Under the pieces are notes generated by a model. It was not told the origin of the DNA. It saw only the letters and a program-made list of their open reading frames with translations, and searched no databases. The translations under genes and the position numbers were made by a program. Positions 57,335 through 64,000 of a stretch of 64,000 nucleotides of DNA are shown here, in pieces; position 1 is the stretch's first letter; every line of letters begins with the position of its first letter. The stretch covers positions 4,512-68,511 of the forward strand of contig JAUWMT010000006.1 in NCBI GenBank assembly GCA_030613025.1, in the 5' to 3' direction. Source of the DNA: Candidatus Cloacimonadota bacterium. GTDB lineage: Bacteria > Cloacimonadota > Cloacimonadia > JGIOTU-2.

Positions 57335-60049
57335 ATGAAAAAACAAATCAAAATAATACTTGATCCCGAAATATCAGATTCTCAAAAGGGAGATTTCTTT
57401 GAGGATCTGGTTCGTAGTATTTTTGAGACCCAAAGGTATGATATTACACAACGGGTTAATTTTACAGGAATGGAAATTGACTTAATCGCTAAACATAAAG
57501 ATATATCGGAAACTGCTTATATAGAGTGTAAGGCAAGAGAGAGACTTAATTCTGATGATATAAGAACATTTGCTTTTAATGTAGGACATCGGGAAGCAAA
57601 TCATGGATATTTTATATCAACCACAGAATTTGAACACCAGGTAGCCGGTTTGATTGAAGAAATGAAAGGGAAAGAGAAATATGCAAATCTATATTTCTGG
57701 AAGCCAGATAAAATATTTGAGCTACTTGAAAGTGCAAAAGTAATAACTCCATTAGCACTCAGTAAAATAAAACATACCATCACTAAAACCATTCTCTCGT
57801 ATACATATTTTGGAACTTTTTATATATTGATTTTAATGAAAAATACAATCCCCTCTCAATTCTGTGTCTACAATGCTATGAAAGCCTCTCTAATTGAAGA
57901 TAATAATATAATCGAAAAACTAAAGAATGCTATATCGGAAATTAGAGATCTAAACTATCTCTCCATCCCAACAGCCGTTAAAGAAACACCAGAGGAGGAA
58001 TTTCGTGAGACCGTTGCTGAAGTACATGAGAGTGAAAATTGGTACGATTATCTTCCCGCTTCAACGAAACATTTCATTGGTAGGAAGGATTTAAAAACAA
58101 ATTTATTTGATTTCATTGATCAAGCAAGTTCAAAGAAAACGTCCCGTAGGATCTTTTATATTGATGGAAAGTCTGGTTGGGGCAAGAGTTCTTTAATCAC
58201 TGACTTAAGAGGGAGAAGTAAAAATAAGTTTTATCGTAAGCGTTATTTTGTCCTTGCGGTAGATGCCCGAAGTGTTTCGTCGAGTAACTTCGTAGCATTA
58301 GCATTCAATAAACTTATTGAAAATGCAACAGAGGCTGGTTTTTTAAAAACGACTCTTTTTTTTCATCCAAACGTGGATATCATTTCCAGCTTTGATATAT
58401 TGGGTTCGGAATCGGTGCGTCAGTTATTCAAGGGCTTAGAGAGCCAAAATAAAACTTTAATATTAATATTTGACCAATTTGAAGATGTATTCAGAAAACC
58501 GGGCCTCTTCAAGGCCTTTCATAAATTTTTGCTTGATGTCGATGAGGTTAAATCTAATCTCATTCTGGGATTTTCATGGAAATCTGAAATAAATATACCA
58601 ATCGACCATGAAGCCTATCATCTATGGCAGCAAGCAAAAAATTTTGCTTTTTGCATTTCAATGAGAGAATTTAATCCACCTGAAATAAATGGAGTTATTA
58701 AACAATTAGAAAAATCTATTAGTAAACCAATAGATTTGGATCTTAAAAGGCGTTTGATTGAAAGTTCTCAAGGATTCCCTTGGTTAATCAAAAAACTGTG
58801 TATTCATACTTATAAGCAATTGAAAGCAGGAAAGACAATTGAAAACTTAGTTGAACAAGATTTAAACTGCGAAGTTTTGTTTAAAGATGACGAGGAAGGA
58901 TTGTCTCCTGAAGAGATCAAAGCACTAAACTATATTGCAAACCGTTCTTTTGACGGTAATTTCTTTGATGCAACCGAAGTGGATGAAAAAATTGATGAAT
59001 CTGTTATAACTGCACTTATTTATAATCGTCTCGTTGTAAAATCAGGTACAAAGTATAACGTATATTGGGATATTTTTAGAGACTATTTAGTAACTGGGAA
59101 AGTCCCTCCAATCGGTGAGAGTTATATCCTTCGGCAGTATGTAAGCGTTTGCTTTTATGTATATAAGCTATTTAAAGATCAAGAGAAACTTAATTTGGAT
59201 GAAATTAAGAAACTGCACCCAAGGCATCCGGGAATACGAACACTTGATAATATTCTACGTGAATTAAGAAGTATAGGTTTAATACGGAAATCAGGTGAAA
59301 ACTTCCAGAGGAGTAGGAAGGATATACCAGCAACAGATGATGGTTTTAGAGAATATATTAAGGAAAAATTTATGCGATATACCCCTTATTTAAAATTGAA
59401 TAATTTAAAAAACAAAGAAATTGGTATTTCAGAAATAGTCTCTACTTTGAAGGACATTTTCAGAGGGATATCATTCACAGAAAAAACATGGATTACTTAT
59501 TCAAAATACCTTATTAGTTGGTTCCAATTTGCAAATTTAGATATTCAAGATAGATTGGTAGTATTAAAAAAAGGAAGGCATGTCGGAATTAGTAGAATAC
59601 AACAATTTGATAATAGAGAAACCTTTACTCCTCAAAGTCGCCCCAAGAAAGATATTGAGGTTTTTCGCAACCTTACAGATCAAGTGAAAATTAGTAACTT
59701 TAGTAAGTTATATAAGTCCTTCTATGATTTAAACTCGATTGGCTTAATTAAATATTCTAGGAAAAAAGTACGCCTGACAGAAAAGGGTAAGCTAATTTTG
59801 AAAAAAGTTGGCAAAAAGGAATTTGAAAAATTAATTGCAATTGCAACCCTAAAAACCAAAAAATTAAAGCAATCTGCAAAGTATTTTTTTGAACATCCAG
59901 AATGCACAAGAAAAGAATTTGGTAAAGCATTATCAAATTTAACATCTAATATAAATTCGGAAGCATATAAAAAACAAGTAAATCATGTACTTTACGTCTG
60001 GGCAAAGTTTATTTATGATCATTTAAAGAACTCAAATTGGATTCAGTAA
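57335..60049 (+). CDS. Mrr-like PD-(D/E)xK nuclease fused to STAND/AAA-type P-loop NTPase and C-terminal winged-helix-like repeats (NLR/Avs-like defence candidate)
   Basis: The N-terminus is GDFFEDLVRSIF...GMEIDLIA...AYIECKAR..L....IR.F (Mrr-cat pattern; D49, E64, K66). FIGRKDLKTNLFDFI then precedes the Walker A IDGKSGWGKSS (G278-S285). The Walker B is LILIFDQFED (about 375-384) and the GxP-type motif is SSQGFPWLIKKL (about 478-489). Residues ~520-904 contain several wHTH-like units (e.g. LRELRSIGLIRKSGENF, LNSIGLIKYSRKKVRLTEKGK). Confidence 0.8.
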   Translation: MKKQIKIILDPEISDSQKGDFFEDLVRSIFETQRYDITQRVNFTGMEIDLIAKHKDISETAYIECKARERLNSDDIRTFAFNVGHREANHGYFISTTEFEHQVAGLIEEMKGKEKYANLYFWKPDKIFELLESAKVITPLALSKIKHTITKTILSYTYFGTFYILILMKNTIPSQFCVYNAMKASLIEDNNIIEKLKNAISEIRDLNYLSIPTAVKETPEEEFRETVAEVHESENWYDYLPASTKHFIGRKDLKTNLFDFIDQASSKKTSRRIFYIDGKSGWGKSSLITDLRGRSKNKFYRKRYFVLAVDARSVSSSNFVALAFNKLIENATEAGFLKTTLFFHPNVDIISSFDILGSESVRQLFKGLESQNKTLILIFDQFEDVFRKPGLFKAFHKFLLDVDEVKSNLILGFSWKSEINIPIDHEAYHLWQQAKNFAFCISMREFNPPEINGVIKQLEKSISKPIDLDLKRRLIESSQGFPWLIKKLCIHTYKQLKAGKTIENLVEQDLNCEVLFKDDEEGLSPEEIKALNYIANRSFDGNFFDATEVDEKIDESVITALIYNRLVVKSGTKYNVYWDIFRDYLVTGKVPPIGESYILRQYVSVCFYVYKLFKDQEKLNLDEIKKLHPRHPGIRTLDNILRELRSIGLIRKSGENFQRSRKDIPATDDGFREYIKEKFMRYTPYLKLNNLKNKEIGISEIVSTLKDIFRGISFTEKTWITYSKYLISWFQFANLDIQDRLVVLKKGRHVGISRIQQFDNRETFTPQSRPKKDIEVFRNLTDQVKISNFSKLYKSFYDLNSIGLIKYSRKKVRLTEKGKLILKKVGKKEFEKLIAIATLKTKKLKQSAKYFFEHPECTRKEFGKALSNLTSNINSEAYKKQVNHVLYVWAKFIYDHLKNSNWIQ

Positions 60050-60455
60050 GTAGTAGGAAACAGGTGGTAGATACGAGTGCACTATGCCTAACAGCGGATA
60101 AAAGGCTCAATTTGTTCGCCCAAATTGCCTTCTGCAACTTCATTTATCCACAAAACATTATATGCCTTTGAATATCAACTAACTTATTTACACATTTATC
60201 TCACCCAAGTCGGGTTTTGTACCTTAAAATTTAACATCAGTCATTATTTTGCAGAAAAATTTCATCCATTTCTTGAAGTCTATAATTAATAAATACACAT
60301 TAACTAAAAACGATAGTTGTTTTTCGCGATTTTTCATTTTTCTCTGTGTCCTCCGCCTGCCAAGGCGTAGTGGAACGTAGACTGGTGGTGAATTATCTTT
60401 TATAACGGTTTGTCCGGGTTTGGTTTTGTAATGAATAGCGGAGAATTATCCAATA

Positions 60456-60576
60456 CCCAACTTCTTTTTATTGACAACCATCCCCTCATCAGGGAAACCA
60501 TCTATCAATCATTATGAAAGTACGAGTTTTAGCAAGCGGAAGCAAAGGAAACTGTATTCTGGTTTCCGGTCAGGGA
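60456..60576. repeat. island junction repeat c (promoter + first 21 codons of the MBL-fold gene)
   Basis: cccaacttctttttattgacaacc...ATGaaagtacgagttttagcaagcggaagcaaaggaaactgtattctggtttccggtcaggga is parallel to 61913-62031. The 63 nt from the ATG differ at 5 positions. Confidence 0.85.
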
Positions 60577-60789
60577 GACAAATCAAAAACAGAGATTTCA
60601 ATTGATACGCTTCTTAAAAAACATTATCCAAAAGCTAAATTCATTGGCTTTGTTGATGGGATCGGCTGGTATGTTAGGAAAAATGATTTGAAGAGAATGG
60701 TAACAGCTTATGAAGATGTTTTCACTTTTCATCAGGATGAATTGCAACGATTCAGAGAATTAGTAAAGGAAGTTTTAACAAATGATTGA
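60514..60789 (+). CDS. chimeric ORF: MBL-fold N-terminus (MKVRVLASGSKGNCILVS) fused to the C-terminal remnant of another gene (probably the restriction partner of the downstream MTase)
   Basis: The first ~19 codons duplicate the start of 61970..62212. The rest (…KFIGFVDGIGWYVRKNDLKRMV…) is unrelated and overlaps the MTase start by 8 nt (ATGATTGA), as in an R-M operon. Confidence 0.4.
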   Translation: MKVRVLASGSKGNCILVSGQGDKSKTEISIDTLLKKHYPKAKFIGFVDGIGWYVRKNDLKRMVTAYEDVFTFHQDELQRFRELVKEVLTND

Positions 60790-61757
60790 AAAATATATTA
60801 ACCAGATAATTCAGGGAGATTGTTTAGATTTATTCAAAAAAATCCCCGATAACTCAATCGATATGACTTTCGCTGATCCTCCTTTTAATCTAAAAAAGAA
60901 ATATAACAGTTATAAAGATTCATTAGAGTTTAAAGAATATCTTGATTGGTGCAAAAAATGGATTTCCGAAATGGTGCGAGTAACAAAACCGACCGGTTCG
61001 ATTCTTGTTCATAATATACCCAAATGGCTTACTTATTTTGCAGAAATTTTTAAATAAAAAAGCAGATTTCAAACATTAGATTTCCTGGGATGCTCCGACT
61101 GCTCCAATGGGAAAAACCTTACAACCTTCACATTATGGTATTTTATTTTATGCAAAAAATCAAAAGGAACTAAAATATTACGAAATAAGGTATCCTCATA
61201 AAAGAGATAGAAAAACAGGTTATTTACTAAAAGATTATGGTGGGGAAAAAGCTCTTTTACATCCTTTCGGTCCATTAGTTTCCGATGTATGGACGGATAT
61301 TCACAGGATCAAACATAATAAAAGACGTGATCCTCATCCTTGTCAGCTTCCCATCCATTTGCTCGAAAGACTAATATTAATGACTACCAATGAGGGTGAT
61401 ATTGTCCTTGATCCTTTTATAGGAACAGGAACTACTGCAATTGCCGCTAAAAAATTGAGTAGAAAATATATCGGATTTGAAATAGACAAGCAGTATGTTA
61501 AAATTGCTAATAATAAACTTATTAGAATTCAGAACAACTCAAGGATAGGCGATAGTTGGGTAAGTTTTTATTTAGAGGAACCTCGAACTATAAGAAATTC
61601 AGACTGGGAACTAATCAAAGATTATTTCTCAATACCAATAGACTTAAGGGATATTGATAAAGAGAAAATTACATTGAAAAAACATAGAAAATTAGTCAAA
61701 ACCGAGCAAATCAAAGTTTTGGAAATTTTCAATAAAGTAGCAGCCAACAGTAGATAG
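60782..61757 (+). pseudogene. beta-class DNA methyltransferase disrupted by a frameshift and an in-frame TAG
   Basis: ORF 60782..61057 carries IIQGDCLDLFKKIPDNSIDMTFADPPFN (motif IV DPPF). ORF 61107..61757 carries HPCQLP and LDPFIGTGTTAIAAKKL (motif I). The second frame extends upstream as NKKADFKH-TAG(61077-61079)-ISWDAPTAPMGK. The reading frame shifts by +1 in the A/T run around 61041-61060. Confidence 0.75.
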
Positions 61758-61912
61758 ATAATGTTGTATGATTTCAGTGAAGTGTCATGAATCAATCCAT
61801 AACGTATTTTCCCAGAGGCATTAAGTTTATATTAATTCATTATTAAAATTCATACATCAGTTCCGAGTTAAAATTCTGCATACCAATTCACATATATACT
61901 AATTCACCATTG

Positions 61913-62031
61913 ACAACCTCTTTTTATTGACATTCATCCCATTTGTCATGAATTCATCTCTCAATTAATATGAAAGTACGAGTTTTAGCAAGCGGAAGTA
62001 AAGGAAACTGCATACTGGTTTCCAGCCAGGG
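61913..62031. repeat. island junction repeat d (native promoter and start of the MBL-fold gene)
   Basis: See repeat c. The upstream part shares actaattcaccattgacaacctctttttattgaca with junction a. Confidence 0.85.
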
Positions 62032-62212
62032 ATCTGCCCTTTTGGTGGATGCGGGATTGAGCTTGAAGCGTCTAAGAGAGATACTTTTTGACATTGATTT
62101 CCCAATTAAGGATATTCAAGCCATCGTTATTTCTCATTTAGGTGGAATCTTCCGAATCCGCCGCAGCACGCATGATCGTTATACCCCATGCAAAACAGTA
62201 AAAATATTTTAA
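61970..62212 (+). pseudogene. truncated MBL-fold metallo-hydrolase gene
   Basis: MKVRVLASGSKGNCILVSSQGSALLVDAGLS...IQAIVISH follows the MBL-fold N-terminus up to where the HxHxDH motif should begin. It then diverges (LGGIFRIRRSTHDR...) and stops after 80 codons. Confidence 0.65.
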
Positions 62213-62215
62213 AAA

Positions 62216-63022
62216 ATGGATAAAGCTATGAAAGTAAATAGGTGTTCCCGCCGGAAAATTCTTAATCCTTGTGGCTTAGAAATGCACAATTATCAAATAG
62301 ATACTTACATCGGCTGTGAACATTTGTGTCGTTACTGTTATGGATTAAACGATGCTGAGACTGACTGGCACAAAGAAATTATGATTCATGAAGACATTCT
62401 TGAACAATTGGCTCAGGAGATGAACTCTCTGGAACCGCAGTCTATTTACATAGGAATGAATAGTGATCCTTATCAACCTTCTGAGAGAAATTTCAAGCAG
62501 ACTGGAAAAGTATTGGAATTATTAGCAGAAAGAGGTTTCTCAGTTTGCATCTTGACCAAATCGGAACTGGTAACAAGAGACATCGATCTTCTTAGGAAAA
62601 TGCCAGATTCCTCCGTAGGTTTTTCTATCGCTTTCCATGACGAACAAACTCGTCAACTGTTCGAAAAACAAGCACCTTCGAACAAGGAAAGGTTAGAAGC
62701 TCTTGGAAAATTGAAAAGTTCCGGCATCAAAACATACGCTTTAATCTGCCCGATAATGCCCTTTATCACAGATATCGACTCAGTAATAGAACTGGTATCT
62801 CCATATTCAGATACAATTTGGGTATATAAACTACACATGGAGTCAGAGAATGATAAAAACTGGCTTAATGTAAAATCCATTTTAGACCAGCACTTCCCTG
62901 AATTAACTGAGCAATATCAGAAAATCGCCTTCTCGAAAAATCATTCATACTGGAAAGGAATTCGACATAAACTAGAAGAAATTAAAAGTAAGAAATGCTT
63001 AAATTTAAAAATAGAATTATAA
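62216..63022 (+). CDS. radical SAM protein, SplB/DNA-photolyase-like (COG1533-type)
   Basis: IDTYIGCEHLCRYCYG is a CxxxCxxC cluster in the N.Y.GC.H.C.YCY context typical of the SplB-like family. The size is 268 aa. Confidence 0.8.
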   Translation: MDKAMKVNRCSRRKILNPCGLEMHNYQIDTYIGCEHLCRYCYGLNDAETDWHKEIMIHEDILEQLAQEMNSLEPQSIYIGMNSDPYQPSERNFKQTGKVLELLAERGFSVCILTKSELVTRDIDLLRKMPDSSVGFSIAFHDEQTRQLFEKQAPSNKERLEALGKLKSSGIKTYALICPIMPFITDIDSVIELVSPYSDTIWVYKLHMESENDKNWLNVKSILDQHFPELTEQYQKIAFSKNHSYWKGIRHKLEEIKSKKCLNLKIEL

Positions 63023-63177
63023 AAAATCAGCAATATACTGCACGGTGTATAACAATGTATGCACAAACTCCGCAAGCTCCGTTCGTGGCACACACCAACC
63101 GTTATACGACAAACATCGCTCTAAAAAGGCAAATCATCAATGGTTGGTAAAATATTTATTTAACGGAGTATTTAACA

Positions 63178-63690
63178 GTGTTTGAACTGAAAACTGAAAG
63201 ATTGAGAGTAATACCTTTAAATTTGGAAAACTTAAGATTACTTATTGAAGATCGGCAAAGGATGGAGAGAAATTTAGGATTACAAATTACTGGCAATATG
63301 CTTGATGAACATGTTAAAAAAGCTGTGGAGATTTCGCTCAAATATGCTATTGAGGATGAAAAAAATTATCTGTGGCACACTAATTGGCAAATAGTATTAA
63401 AAGAAGAAAAATGTAGTATAGGTAGTTTAGGTTTCAAAAATTGCCCCAATGAAAATGGTGAAGTTGAAGTTGGTTATGACCTACAACCTGAATATCAAGG
63501 AAAAGGGTATATGACCGAAGCATTAAAAGAGATAGTTAAATGGGCTTTCGAGCAACCGCATATTTCATCTGTGATTTCTGAAACAGAAAAAACAAATAAA
63601 CCATCTTACAGAGTATTAGAAAAAGTTGGAATGATAAAATATAGAGAAACCGAACAATGTTTTTGGTGGAAAATTACAAGAACAAAATGA
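63178..63690 (+). CDS. GNAT-family N-acetyltransferase (RimJ/RimL-like)
   Basis: GTG start. TERLRVIPLNLENL...VGYDLQPEYQGKGYMTEALKEIVKWAF......ISETEKTNKPSYRVLEKVGM contains the acetyl-CoA binding Q/RxxGxG/A motif. Confidence 0.85.
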   Translation: MFELKTERLRVIPLNLENLRLLIEDRQRMERNLGLQITGNMLDEHVKKAVEISLKYAIEDEKNYLWHTNWQIVLKEEKCSIGSLGFKNCPNENGEVEVGYDLQPEYQGKGYMTEALKEIVKWAFEQPHISSVISETEKTNKPSYRVLEKVGMIKYRETEQCFWWKITRTK

Positions 63691-63870
63691 AACTGAGATT
63701 ACAAAAAGGACTAACATCAATCATTCTGATTATATCTTGACATCGATTAAAGAGCGCAGTCCTCGTATAAAAAGCGTACTAGCTCCTTACGGCGGCTCGC
63801 ACGCAAAACATTATATGAAATTGTTAAAACCTAATACCGAAAACCTAATACCTAATAAAGGAATGTATAG

Positions 63871-64000
63871 ATGAAGAAAGTAGGAATTCAACTTTTATTA
63901 ATAGCTGGATTATTTTTATTAATTGGACAGGTCTTTGCTGATGAACCATCACAAGCAGCAATTAAGCAAATACGCTCCTCAAATGGATCCCATTCTACTA
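63871..64000 (+). CDS. secreted protein, N-terminal fragment (runs off the right edge)
   Basis: MKKVGIQLLLIAGLFLLIGQVFADEPSQAAIKQIRSSNGSHST is a classical signal peptide. It is preceded by aaaggaatgtatagATG. Confidence 0.5.
   Translation, partial: MKKVGIQLLLIAGLFLLIGQVFADEPSQAAIKQIRSSNGSHST

Noticed and set aside
60144-60152. Perfect DnaA box TTATCCACA as evidence for an origin
   Set aside because: It is a single isolated 9-mer inside the defence island with no cluster and no AT-rich unwinding element. This is compatible with chance.
54912-62031. Island junction repeats as Xer/dif-like or integron attC recombination sites
   Set aside because: They show no resemblance to the 28-bp dif consensus (no TTATGTTAAAT-type arm) and have no imperfect-palindrome attC architecture. 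No integron integrase is present. They look like duplicated promoter sequence.
63068-63817. Loosely similar ~40-nt elements flanking the GNAT gene (63068-63110 and 63781-63817, sharing agctcc.tt.cg..ggc and an ending ...ttata(c/t)g) as cassette boundaries
   Set aside because: The similarity is patchy and needs several gaps. I could not establish it by eye beyond short words, so it is not reported as a feature.

Overview
Low-GC bacterial chromosome segment. Gene content points to an FCB-group organism, possibly Cloacimonadota-like (inference only): many secreted proteins end in a type IX secretion (T9SS) C-terminal sorting domain, and a PorV-like barrel is present. From 1 to 48.2 kb almost every credible gene is on the minus strand. 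This part holds an aroQ fragment and a cluster of paralogous T9SS cargo genes (four beta-helix proteins, one broken by an in-frame TGA, and two LVIVD-like propellers). The cluster also contains a receiver-domain gene, small PepSY-like ORFs, duplicated promoter modules and one plus-strand ECF-like sigma gene. A housekeeping block follows: mutS, SPOR/TPR protein, rho, tsaB, cupin, truA, ecfT-like, TPR lipoprotein, two tandem HAL/PAL-family (MIO) lyases, M6-like metallopeptidase, PorV-like OMP, tRNA-Leu(CAA), smc, bamA-like, udk, xerC/D-type recombinase, queC. A 1.25-kb non-coding gap (48.2-49.4 kb) is filled with about 2.2 tandem copies of a 379-bp hairpin-rich unit and marks a complete switch to plus-strand genes (dus, TPR, YbbR-like, tsaD, GT2). 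From about 54.9 to 62.2 kb lies a mosaic accessory/defence island. It contains a beta-class DNA methyltransferase with two unknown overlapping ORFs and a 904-aa Mrr-like nuclease / STAND-type P-loop NTPase / winged-helix protein. It also contains a decayed R-M module (truncated upstream gene, methyltransferase with a frameshift and a TAG) and a truncated MBL-fold gene. Direct repeats of promoter-like sequence mark the cassette junctions. A radical-SAM SplB-like gene, a GNAT gene and a partial secreted-protein gene end the window. The best candidate for an undescribed system is the nuclease-STAND-wHTH gene together with the repeat-delimited cassette structure around it. The 379-bp tandem unit is a second candidate, as a possible structured RNA. 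No CRISPR array, rRNA or autonomous transposase was seen.
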